Positions 1-7,998 of a stretch of DNA of 11,347 nt are shown here, one piece after another. Source of the stretch: a virus; the UHGV virus genome UHGV-1347074, one strand, 5' to 3'. Every line of letters starts with the position of its first letter. Position 1 is the first letter of the stretch. Position numbers and translations under genes: made by a program. The notes below the pieces were generated by a model. It saw nothing but the letters and a program-made list of their open reading frames with translations. It searched no databases and was not told the origin of the DNA.

Positions 1-57
1 ATATAACGAGCCCCTCCTAAGGGCTAGTTGCAGGTTCGATTCCTGCAGGGGACACCA
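1..57 (+). tRNA. argW: tRNA-Arg (anticodon CCU), 3' portion only; the 5' end lies upstream of the window
   Basis: Anticodon stem-loop agccc/CTCCTAA/gggct at 9-25 with anticodon CCT at 16-18; T-arm gcagg/TTCGATT/cctgc at 30-46; acceptor 3' strand plus discriminator and CCA ending at 57. Matches from memory the E. coli argW sequence, with one possible difference. Confidence 0.85.
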
Positions 58-217
58 TGAACACCTCCCACAAAGTCCAACTTAGTACGTAACTCATTGA
101 TTTTAATTCATACATCTTATTTTATTCGTCCAGTAAAGTGCCATTATTTCTAATGGAATCTATACATCTTTGCGTATAACATTGTGTATAACTGAGTTCG
201 ATCTTTTTTCTATACAC

Positions 218-1393
218 ATGCTGCTATCTGACATCCAAATAAAAAGAGCAAAACCGAAGGACAAACCCTATACGCTTAACGATGGTATGGGACTATCACT
301 CCTCATCGACACAGCGGGCAGCAAAGGCTGGCGTTTCCGCTATCGCTTTGCAGGTAAGCCAAAGATGATTTCCTTTGGTGTATATGGCGATGTGTCGTTG
401 GCACAGGCACGTACCAAACGTGATGAAGCGCGTTCGATGTTGGCCAAAGGGATCAACCCAAGTGAAGCCAGAAAGGCAGATAAGATTGCTTTGCAGTTCG
501 CACATGAGAACAGCTTTGAGTCTGTGGCCAGAGAATGGCACTCATCGAAAAAAGCCACCTGGTCAGAGGGGTATGCAAAAGAGGTTCTCAATTGTATGGA
601 AAAGGATATTTTTCCTTTTATCGGCCAGCGCCCAATTGAGCAGATTGAACCACTAGAGCTGCTAACCGTCCTGCAAAAAATAGAGAAAAGAGGTGCGCTA
701 GAGCAAACCAGCAAGATCCGCCGCCGTTGTGGTGAAGTGCTTCGTTATGCTGTTGCCACTGGCAGAGCAAAGTATAATTTTGCACCCGATTTAGCTATCG
801 CACTCAACAAACCTAAAACTCAACACTTCCCGTTCCTGACTGAAAGCGAGTTGCCCGAGTTCGTCAATGCTCTGGATAACTATCAGGGCAGTTTAGTCAC
901 CAAATACGCCACGCAGCTGTTGATGCTAACAGGCGTGCGAACAATTGAACTACGTGCAGCGGAATGGGCTGAGTTTGATTTAGATAATGCCTTATGGGAG
1001 ATCCCCAAAGAACGGATGAAGAAACGCCGCCCCCATCTGGTTCCGTTATCTACTCAGGCGATCAGCATCCTGAAAAAGCTGCAAGAAATAACTGGGAATT
1101 ACAGCCTCGTTTTCCCTGGGCGAAACGACGTCAGGAAACCAATGAGCGAAGCCAGTATCAACAAAGTGATAAAGCTGCTTGGCTATCATGGTCGGTTAAC
1201 GGGTCACGGCTTCAGGCATACCATGAGTACTATTTTGCATGAACATGGTTTTGAAAGCGCCTGGATTGAAATGCAGCTTGCGCATGTTGATAAGAACTCT
1301 ATTAGAGGGACTTATAATCATGCGCAGTATTTAGAACCGAGAAGAAAAATGCTAACGTTTTATAGCAACCTTATATATAAATCATATATATGA
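218..1393 (+). CDS. int: Tyrosine site-specific integrase, P4 family (about 392 aa from the first ATG)
   Basis: N-terminus from the ATG at 218 (MLLSDIQIKRAKPKDKPYTLNDGMGLSLLIDTAGSKGWRFRY...) matches the conserved P4-type integrase N-terminal domain. C-terminal catalytic region has HGFRH ... LAHVDKNSIRGTYNHAQYLEPRR (box II and tyrosine). The ORF-track start at 170 is a TTG and was not used. Confidence 0.9.
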   Translation: MLLSDIQIKRAKPKDKPYTLNDGMGLSLLIDTAGSKGWRFRYRFAGKPKMISFGVYGDVSLAQARTKRDEARSMLAKGINPSEARKADKIALQFAHENSFESVAREWHSSKKATWSEGYAKEVLNCMEKDIFPFIGQRPIEQIEPLELLTVLQKIEKRGALEQTSKIRRRCGEVLRYAVATGRAKYNFAPDLAIALNKPKTQHFPFLTESELPEFVNALDNYQGSLVTKYATQLLMLTGVRTIELRAAEWAEFDLDNALWEIPKERMKKRRPHLVPLSTQAISILKKLQEITGNYSLVFPGRNDVRKPMSEASINKVIKLLGYHGRLTGHGFRHTMSTILHEHGFESAWIEMQLAHVDKNSIRGTYNHAQYLEPRRKMLTFYSNLIYKSYI

Positions 1394-2443
1394 TCTTTTT
1401 ATATCCGTTAAAATAGTATCTACATCGGTAAATGTTATGTTTATACAATCAATTAACTCAAATACTTGCTCTTCAATAAGAATAAAATCATTTTTTGGTC
1501 CAGTACTAATTTTTATACCAAGATCCCCAACTTTCTCCAATAAACTAACCTGATGATTTGTGTAAATATATTTTCCTCCGGGCTCTGTTATCTCTCTATT
1601 TGCAGAAAAAACAACATCAGCTATCGCATCAACTTTTAGCTTATACGAAGAAGAAACAGTAACATCACCTTTCTTCGAAAGTGGGAATATTAAACTATAC
1701 CATTTATATATATTCACCTTGTCTGGAGAAATAAACTTTCGTTTGTTTATTTCTGCATTCATATAATCTCTAAACATATTTAGATGTGAAATATGATTTG
1801 TTAGATTACTATTTTTTACGCCAGCTTTATAAGTCAACAACGCTATTCCAATACCACCAACGGTGGTGATCAATGTAATCAACCATGCTATTGACTGAAG
1901 GATAATTGATATGCCATTAAATCTACCAAAAAAGTAAGAAACACACTTATCTGATAGGCAAAATTCTTTCACATACAGTTTTTCATTATAGATCGTAATG
2001 CATAGTATGATGAGACAAGAAATGATACCAAGCATAAAAATAGCAAGGATAGTAATAACCAAGACTTTTAGCTCTTTTTCTTTCCCAAAATCCCCCAAAG
2101 GTAATTTATTAACCAAAGAACTAGTAATTTTATAAATATAAATAATAGTAGTTTTAATGCTCTTTATTAAAGCTGAAGGAGAATTAAGAACAAAGCAATA
2201 CAATGTATTAGCTAAAAATTTAACTCGTATAAAAATAAAGCTTCCTCTAATCTTTACCTTCCTATATTTTCTTTTTAGTTCAAATACTATTTTTCTACCT
2301 TCATCTGTCCCCAGAAGAACTAATCCAATATGTGATACTATATCCCTTAAGCTAACTCCCACCCCAATAAACGCCTTATGAAAAGATGACAAACTGCGTT
2401 TGAGAGATTCATAATTAGATTTTATTTCAGCTAAGCTACCCAT
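1382..2443 (-). CDS. Predicted two-transmembrane-helix membrane protein, candidate retron effector (353 aa)
   Basis: Two long hydrophobic segments (VLVITILAIFMLGIISCLIILCITIY and ISIILQSIAWLITLITTVGGIGIALLTY) separated by a short loop. Its ATG shares one base with the RT stop (TGATG on the - strand), indicating translational coupling. Very AT-rich, like the RT gene. Confidence 0.75.
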   Translation of the reverse strand: MGSLAEIKSNYESLKRSLSSFHKAFIGVGVSLRDIVSHIGLVLLGTDEGRKIVFELKRKYRKVKIRGSFIFIRVKFLANTLYCFVLNSPSALIKSIKTTIIYIYKITSSLVNKLPLGDFGKEKELKVLVITILAIFMLGIISCLIILCITIYNEKLYVKEFCLSDKCVSYFFGRFNGISIILQSIAWLITLITTVGGIGIALLTYKAGVKNSNLTNHISHLNMFRDYMNAEINKRKFISPDKVNIYKWYSLIFPLSKKGDVTVSSSYKLKVDAIADVVFSANREITEPGGKYIYTNHQVSLLEKVGDLGIKISTGPKNDFILIEEQVFELIDCINITFTDVDTILTDIKRSYI

Positions 2444-3639
2444 CAGTATTTAACCTTTTGAAGACGATCTCTGAATCCTTTTTCAATCAATAAAAAACCG
2501 GGAGTTCTTCTTAAAATAATAAGATTATATAGTGTAAGATCATATTTTTTCTTGTAATAATCTTTTTTAGAGTTCCCACCTTTATAGGAGTTCTCTAAAA
2601 ATTTAATAGCCCTATCAATTTTAACAATATCTCTTTTTGCTGCCTTAGGCTGAATATCTTTTAGTCTTAATGATAGCACCTTATATTTATTGTGATTAAG
2701 CCTACCTAATTTGTTCACGCGCCCAACACATCTATTATACTCTATCCTATAGGCTACACTTGTTATTGAGTTATTTTTCTTTGCCAGTTTTTCTAAATTA
2801 TGCACAGACGCTCGAATACGTCCGACCTCATCAGAAGGTAAGCGTGGTTCATTAAATGAGATTCGTAACCCATGTACTTTTAATGATTCAGTTGATATAT
2901 TGTGTACTTGAGTTTTATCTTCATTTATAGGTAAATCTTTACCAGCAAGCATATCTTTAATATGATCTAAAATCTGATTCATATTGTAGTTAACTAATTT
3001 TGATGAAACTGTAATATCATCTACCAGTCTCGTATAGACTAATTTCTTCCTTTCTGCTCTATTTACAATGTCAGATTCAACATCAAAAAGACATAACGAT
3101 GCTATATAACTAGAGGTCAAAGCGCCCTGAACAATAGTGTCGTCATAACAGCATATATCAGTTAAGTACTCTAATGCTTCGCCTTTAAATTTTAAAACCT
3201 TAGAAAATATACTATATACTATATCTCTATGAATATTATCAAAAAAATTTTTGATATCTACTTTAAGTATTGTTTTTGCATTACAGTGCTTACGGGCACA
3301 AGCGATATAATGCCGCTCAATTCCTTTTTTTTTCTCATCTTTATTGGTTGGAACTGAGCCATAAATGTAATCTGGCCATAATATCAGCTCTTTAAAGATC
3401 CTATTGTTTATCCTTTTTTGAATACGCCTTATTAGCTGGTGTGGATCATAAACATCTCTAAGTTCACCATTTATTTTTTTTACTTGCTTTTTCTTGTATC
3501 TTTGGTGGGAAGGCATTGCAATAGCAGTTTTTAAATCTGCTAACGTAATATCCAAGCAAGAACTTAAAGATTGCAAAGATCTGAGAGATTGTGCACCAGG
3601 TTTTTTTATAGGATTACGGGCAACCATAATATCTTCCAT
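2443..3639 (-). CDS. Reverse transcriptase, retron-type (398 aa)
   Basis: RT motifs readable in the translation: ILKVDIKNFFDNI (motif A aspartate), ICCYDDTIVQGALTSSYIASL (motif B), YTRLVDDITVSS (motif C) and a downstream KVHGLRIS at the position of the retron VTG motif. Overall pattern resembles Ec86-type retron RTs from memory. Confidence 0.85.
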   Translation of the reverse strand: MEDIMVARNPIKKPGAQSLRSLQSLSSCLDITLADLKTAIAMPSHQRYKKKQVKKINGELRDVYDPHQLIRRIQKRINNRIFKELILWPDYIYGSVPTNKDEKKKGIERHYIACARKHCNAKTILKVDIKNFFDNIHRDIVYSIFSKVLKFKGEALEYLTDICCYDDTIVQGALTSSYIASLCLFDVESDIVNRAERKKLVYTRLVDDITVSSKLVNYNMNQILDHIKDMLAGKDLPINEDKTQVHNISTESLKVHGLRISFNEPRLPSDEVGRIRASVHNLEKLAKKNNSITSVAYRIEYNRCVGRVNKLGRLNHNKYKVLSLRLKDIQPKAAKRDIVKIDRAIKFLENSYKGGNSKKDYYKKKYDLTLYNLIILRRTPGFLLIEKGFRDRLQKVKY

Positions 3640-3960
3640 TCCATGAAATCAAAATTACATCCGGCCTCCCTCATACTCAAGTGGGCAAAAGAATAGGGTT
3701 GCTTTCGTCAAAAGCCCTTAGCAACTGCCCCTATTCTTTGACCGGACGCAATTGAGGACGGCTACAGCCCCATCGTTGCCGGCCAGGCTTTGTGGGGGTT
3801 CCGTTCCAGCCTATGCTACTGCATAGGCGCTCTCACTTTTCTGTTGCGAGAGCGGAAGCTAAGAAACTATAAACTTTGACTGCCACAGGCAAACGGAACG
3901 TTTGCGCGAAGCAGATATTACCATTGATGTTTCTAGTTTCAAGACTTAACTAGCATTTTT
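3640..3960 (-). ncRNA. Candidate retron non-coding RNA (msr/msd) upstream of the RT; boundaries approximate
   Basis: No ORF of 60 aa or more on either strand. Cluster of stable hairpins: 11-bp stem 3688-3698/3729-3739; 8-bp stem with tetraloop 3809-3816/3821-3828; 7-bp stem 3828-3834/3848-3854; 7-bp stem with GAA triloop 3889-3895/3899-3905. G+C is higher than in the adjacent RT gene. The a1/a2 inverted repeats could not be located. Confidence 0.35.
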
Positions 3961-4299
3961 CACATCACCTACCAAAATTGTAATGGACTGACCAAAAAGG
4001 CACTACACCGCACCCGCCTGCGGTTTTCATATCACTAAAATTTTTCAGTTGTGATTTTTTACAAACGATACCGCCAGCCCGCGCCCGTGCTGGGGATACA
4101 CTGCGAGGCAGGAACTGAAAAGAATGAAAAGAAATTCAGCTTTTTTCAGTTTTACTGTCCGTAGTATCTATGGCCTGAATACGCAACTCTATGATATTAA
4201 ATGGATAATTATTTTTAGGTGTGTGATTTTATGAAGTTTTGGAAACATGAAAAACATAACAAATTGAAAAATAATAATTTTATGTCCGTATAAACTGAA

Positions 4300-4340
4300 A
4301 TCCGGTGTTCAGGTTCCGGGAATGGATCGGCCATTCCCGA
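4300..4340 (-). terminator. Candidate transcription terminator downstream of the Ogr/Delta gene
   Basis: 9-bp perfect hairpin cgggaatgg/ccattcccg (4316-4340) just 3' of the stop at 4349 on the - strand, followed by a moderately U-rich stretch (AUUUCAGUUUAUA). The U-tract is not immediately adjacent, so this is a weak call. Confidence 0.3.
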
Positions 4341-4348
4341 CGCATACT

Positions 4349-4621
4349 TTACCCATTCTTTTGCGCAGCCAGCAGCAACTTTAAAGCCTTTTCCCGTTCC
4401 TCGGGTGGAATTGCATCAATTAGCTCTTTAACCCTCCCCTGCCCGTTCAGCGCGCTTGGACTAACGGAATGGGAGAAAGCAACATTCATCACAAACGAGT
4501 GACCGCACTCCACATTAGAGCAATAGCAGTACACATCGTACAGTTGTGGGTGTTTCCTGTTTGTTTTACCTATCCGCGCTACTGCCTGACATGTGGGGCA
4601 GTACATTCTCATCATCTTCAT
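4349..4621 (-). CDS. Ogr/Delta-family zinc-finger late-gene transcriptional activator (single-domain, about 85-90 aa)
   Basis: C-x2-C-x22-C-x4-C spacing (MYCPTCQ ... YCSNVECGHSF) as in P2 Ogr / P4 Delta. The start is ambiguous among several in-frame ATGs (4621 to 4606); homology favours MYCPTCQ. Confidence 0.85.
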   Translation of the reverse strand: MKMMRMYCPTCQAVARIGKTNRKHPQLYDVYCYCSNVECGHSFVMNVAFSHSVSPSALNGQGRVKELIDAIPPEEREKALKLLLAAQKNG

Positions 4622-4687
4622 CGTTCTGTGCCCTATACTGTTGCCCGCCAGAAGAAGGGATTTGACTCCCTACCTCTTGTTCTGAAC

Positions 4688-4880
4688 GTGTAACACTGGT
4701 AACACGTGTAACGCTATTGATTTAAAAGGATTTAATCTGTTACCAGTTAGCAAAATCAAGAGGTAACGCGTGGTAACACACCATTTTTTGTTACCTCTGT
4801 TACCAGTCAGTATTTTTGACTGGTAACACTGAAGAACCGTATCAGTAGCGGGTGTTACCTCTGTTACCAGTGTTACCTCA
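4688..4880. repeat. Iteron cluster, candidate replication origin (P4 ori/crr-like) for the adjacent primase-helicase
   Basis: At least 12 copies of GGTAAC(A/G)C / its complement TGTTACC in both orientations. An 18-bp direct repeat TGTTACCTCTGTTACCAG occurs at 4789-4806 and 4853-4870. An 11-bp perfect inverted repeat lies at 4799-4809 / 4817-4827. No ORF spans the region. Confidence 0.6.
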
Positions 4881-4903
4881 TATAAATAAGACTCACGCGA
4901 TAA

Positions 4904-7591
4904 TTACTCAGGTTCGGCGCTTCCCAGTACCTGTGTATTGAACTGGTACACACGTTTAAGCCCTATTTCTGGCAGGCGAATGCTGTTTTGCGTCCGGCCA
5001 TCTTCACCGGGTTTCAGCCAGCCCGCGTCCACACACAACCTGGCCACCTTACGCGAATCAAATCCCTTACAGATCTCCTTCCAGCCTGACGGGAGAACGT
5101 AGAACGTCACAACCGGCTCTGTCACGTTGTCTCCTTTATCGACTTTTCTGAATCCCATCATTGAAACAGGCCGGTTCCTGTCGTCATTCCAGTCAGCAAA
5201 CCGACTGAACTGATTACGCGTCATGAAGTCCCGTACCTGTTCAAGTGCCGCTTTATCTTCCTGATTAGCTGTATGGCCCCGGTCAGCCATCCATGCAGCC
5301 AGACAACTTTGAGCGGCACGAAAGGCCTCTCCCTCCGGCCATCCTGTGATGCCCGCTTTTGTGGCCAGCTCCCCGGCCATAGCAACCAGAGCAAAACGGG
5401 TAACAGCCCGGCCAACCTGATTCCCGGCATTTTCCGGCGTCAGCCTCCGGGTGTACTCTTTCAATAAGGCTTTCGCCTGGCTGGTCAGTTCCGGCAGATC
5501 AGCGGTCAGGCAATGCAGCCAGTCGCGGAATGGTGCACCATGATAATGCGCTACATGCTGCTCAAGATGCTCAGCCAGGGTTTTCCCGCTACTGAAGCCA
5601 TGAAGTTCTTCAAACACGCCATACTTGCCCGAATCGCTTGGGATCTGGATCATTCTGACCTCAACCCCGGCATACGTACGTTCCCCGGCGCTTGCCGCAT
5701 GTTCTACCAGTGACAGTTCCCCGGTGGACAGAAACAACAGATTCCAGCGGTTGGTTTCCCTTACAGAACCATCTGTTCTGGCTCTGGCTTTGCCCTGCCC
5801 GTTAGCCAGCATATAAGCGATATTCCCCGCCTCCCTGCCGTCAACCTCCCGGATTTCATCCAGCATCAGCGTGGCATCATTGCGGCGGCTCGCCGTTCCT
5901 TCTAAGGCATTCCCCGTCGCCCGCCACGTATGCCAGAAATCTGTTCCACCACATACTGATGCAGCCACTTTCATCGTCGTGGTTTTGCCGTCCGTCGATT
6001 CCCCTTTGAGGTGATAACCTCCACCGCCGATACCAACCAGTTTCAGAAGGGGGGCAGCAAATGCCAGGCTCACCGCAAAGGCCAGACGGGCATTCTTTAT
6101 GCAGTAACGGCCAAGATTTTCACGCCATTCCTCTGATGTACCGCTGACACGAAAATCACGCCCCTGCACGCTCGATGTTTGTAAGATGACTGACTGGGCT
6201 TCGCGCCCTATCACTTCATCCTGGAGAACGTAAACCCCGCCGTGCCAGCCCGTTTTATTTACACAGGTAACTTTTCTGTCCGGTTTACACAGCGAGATAT
6301 ATTCCATCAGGAATGCTCTGGCCATACCGTTAATGTTGATGTAAGAAAGCCCGTTAACCAGCAGAACGCGGCGCAGTTCTTCCCCGCTGCCACCCAGCAT
6401 CTCCATCGGCATTGCCCATTTACGGCTGTTTCCGTTGGTATCTTCCCATTCCAGCAAACGCCCGTAATTACTCCCATCAGCATCACTGGTGATTGCCGTC
6501 ACCCGCAACGGGCTGCAAATTTTGATATTGCGTATCTCCGTATCACCATCAGACTTATTAACCAGCTTGTCGTACCACAAATATTCTTTTGTCAGCCGGA
6601 ACCCTTCTGGTAAACGGGTCTGCCCTTTGCCATGCAGCGTCATTTCTTCACGAAAGGCATCTCTCGCCCGTTCTTTCCCCACTTCCTGCCGATAGTCATC
6701 CCAGTCAGCCTTATGGCGTACCGGAGGGAGCGTTACCCAGCCATCCACCGCTTTGGCGGCTTTCTCTGCCTGAATACGCCCGGTGTTTTCTTTCCCGTCA
6801 GCCAGATCATTATCTCCGGCCAGAATGATCCGGGTTTCCGGCCAGCGTTTTCGGATCTGCTCCGTCACCTTCAGTAAATTGGTGGCAGCGACAGCCGCCA
6901 CGATCCATCCTTCAGTCAGCAGACTGACGGTAAGCGCCGTGGCAAAACCCTCAGTGATAATCACCTGTTCAGGTGTTTCAGCGGGTATATCGGTCAGGGC
7001 AATGAATGCGCCAGACAGCTGGCTACCGGGCAGCAGACTTTTATCCCCGTCAGGATTGATAAGCTGACCACCGGTAATATTCCCGGAAATATCCGTCAAC
7101 GGCAGCAGTAATGAACCGGAGGAAAATGTTATTCCGGCCAGATTCAAAGGTTGTGACAGCAAGGGAAGTGAATACCCGTGTAAGCCCTTGTTTGTCAGAT
7201 AGACCGGCTCACCATTGCAGGACTGCTGTCTGAGTCTGGTATATCGCTCCGCACCCGCTTCTTTTCCTGTGGCCTTTTTCCTAGCGGGCAAAGCGGGCTT
7301 CTCCTGTATTTCTGGTAATGCAAGCGCCTCAGATACCATCCCGGCGGCTTCTTTTATCTTTCTTCCTGTCACCAGACGAACCAGATCAAGACCATCGCCA
7401 TGACCGCACTGATTACAAAACCACGTCCCACGCCCCGCTTTATCGTCCAGTCGAAAGCGATCTTTGCCACCACAGGCAGGGCAAGCCCCATGATGTCCTG
7501 CGGACGGTACTTTGATACCTAATGCTGACAGGATATAAGGCCAGCGCCCAATCGCAGCCCCGGAAATAGTGGATACAGACAGTGTTTTCAC
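4904..7591 (-). CDS. Alpha-type DNA primase-helicase (895 aa): zinc-binding domain + TOPRIM primase + P-loop helicase
   Basis: N-terminal CPACGGKDRFR ... WFCNQCGHGDG zinc-binding motif; TOPRIM-like ITEGFATA ... ILAGDND; Walker A GESTDGKT. GTG start at 7591 preceded by AGGAGG (7-nt spacer) and overlapping the upstream gene's stop (GTGA). Confidence 0.9.
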   Translation of the reverse strand: MKTLSVSTISGAAIGRWPYILSALGIKVPSAGHHGACPACGGKDRFRLDDKAGRGTWFCNQCGHGDGLDLVRLVTGRKIKEAAGMVSEALALPEIQEKPALPARKKATGKEAGAERYTRLRQQSCNGEPVYLTNKGLHGYSLPLLSQPLNLAGITFSSGSLLLPLTDISGNITGGQLINPDGDKSLLPGSQLSGAFIALTDIPAETPEQVIITEGFATALTVSLLTEGWIVAAVAATNLLKVTEQIRKRWPETRIILAGDNDLADGKENTGRIQAEKAAKAVDGWVTLPPVRHKADWDDYRQEVGKERARDAFREEMTLHGKGQTRLPEGFRLTKEYLWYDKLVNKSDGDTEIRNIKICSPLRVTAITSDADGSNYGRLLEWEDTNGNSRKWAMPMEMLGGSGEELRRVLLVNGLSYININGMARAFLMEYISLCKPDRKVTCVNKTGWHGGVYVLQDEVIGREAQSVILQTSSVQGRDFRVSGTSEEWRENLGRYCIKNARLAFAVSLAFAAPLLKLVGIGGGGYHLKGESTDGKTTTMKVAASVCGGTDFWHTWRATGNALEGTASRRNDATLMLDEIREVDGREAGNIAYMLANGQGKARARTDGSVRETNRWNLLFLSTGELSLVEHAASAGERTYAGVEVRMIQIPSDSGKYGVFEELHGFSSGKTLAEHLEQHVAHYHGAPFRDWLHCLTADLPELTSQAKALLKEYTRRLTPENAGNQVGRAVTRFALVAMAGELATKAGITGWPEGEAFRAAQSCLAAWMADRGHTANQEDKAALEQVRDFMTRNQFSRFADWNDDRNRPVSMMGFRKVDKGDNVTEPVVTFYVLPSGWKEICKGFDSRKVARLCVDAGWLKPGEDGRTQNSIRLPEIGLKRVYQFNTQVLGSAEPE

Positions 7592-7998
7592 AGCAGCACC
7601 TCCTGACCTTCCGGCTTCACAAATTCAAAACCTTCGGGTAGTTCGCCATCAGGTGCACCGAAAATAATATCCCGGTAAACCTCACGCATCTCTGTGACAC
7701 CAAAAACTGACAGGCGAATATTTTCTGACATAAAGCCCGGTTTAAGCATTTTTTCCAGTTTCTCTGCGGCCAGTATGCAACCAGCATCAGCCCCAAACTC
7801 ATTCACCCACGGCATTTCAATATGGTAAATAATATTGCTCACCACTTTTTCGTGGGTGAGTTCTATTCGTTCGCCATCTTCAATATAAACAGGTTCATTA
7901 TGAACACGCTCCATTAAGGAAATGAATGCATCAGCAATGTAGTACCGTAAGACTGCTGTTCGTAAAGCATGCGCCTTTAAATTTTGATTATTATTCAT
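7588..7998 (-). CDS. Hypothetical protein (136 aa from the ATG at 7998), first gene upstream of the primase
   Basis: ATG at 7998 preceded by GGGAGAG; start overlaps the stop of the upstream 78-aa gene (ATGAATAA) and the stop overlaps the primase GTG. The longer TTG-initiated ORF to 8058 was not used. Confidence 0.65.
   Translation of the reverse strand: MNNNQNLKAHALRTAVLRYYIADAFISLMERVHNEPVYIEDGERIELTHEKVVSNIIYHIEMPWVNEFGADAGCILAAEKLEKMLKPGFMSENIRLSVFGVTEMREVYRDIIFGAPDGELPEGFEFVKPEGQEVLL

Noticed and set aside
170-217. ORF-track start of the integrase at 170
   Set aside because: Codon 170-172 is TTG; the first ATG at 218 gives an N-terminus matching the conserved P4-integrase start, so 218 is preferred.
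296-1242. ORFs in alternative frames or antisense within the integrase gene (296-541, 340-714, 375-656, 994-1242)
   Set aside because: They overlap a strongly supported integrase CDS; no independent evidence.
2157-2381. 74-aa + strand ORF inside the membrane-protein gene
   Set aside because: Antisense to the coupled RT/effector operon in AT-rich DNA where stop codons are unevenly distributed by chance; no RBS.
3640-3700. Attempt to locate retron a1/a2 inverted repeats flanking the candidate msr/msd
   Set aside because: Reverse-complement comparison of the RT-proximal 60 nt with the region 3740-4000 gave only 5-6 nt matches; no confident a1/a2 pair, so no msr/msd boundaries are asserted.
4008-4027. 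Small GC-rich hairpin followed by TTTT on the + strand (terminator-like)
   Set aside because: No + strand gene lies upstream to terminate; the stem is only about 5 bp. More likely part of the retron promoter/leader region or chance.
4305-4693. + strand ORFs (4305-4502, 4469-4693) overlapping the Ogr/Delta gene
   Set aside because: Antisense to a CDS with a clear zinc-finger signature; considered spurious.
4688-4880. Possibility that the short repeats form a CRISPR array
   Set aside because: Units are 7-18 bp, occur in both orientations with irregular spacing and no unique spacers; the pattern fits iterons, not CRISPR.
5221-7515. Multiple + strand ORFs of 60-125 aa inside the primase-helicase gene
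   Set aside because: All lie antisense to or in alternative frames of a long, motif-rich gene in G+C-rich DNA; typical spurious ORFs.
7617-7802. 61-aa - strand ORF in a different frame within the 136-aa gene
   Set aside because: Fully nested in an alternative frame of a gene with a good RBS and translational coupling to its neighbours.
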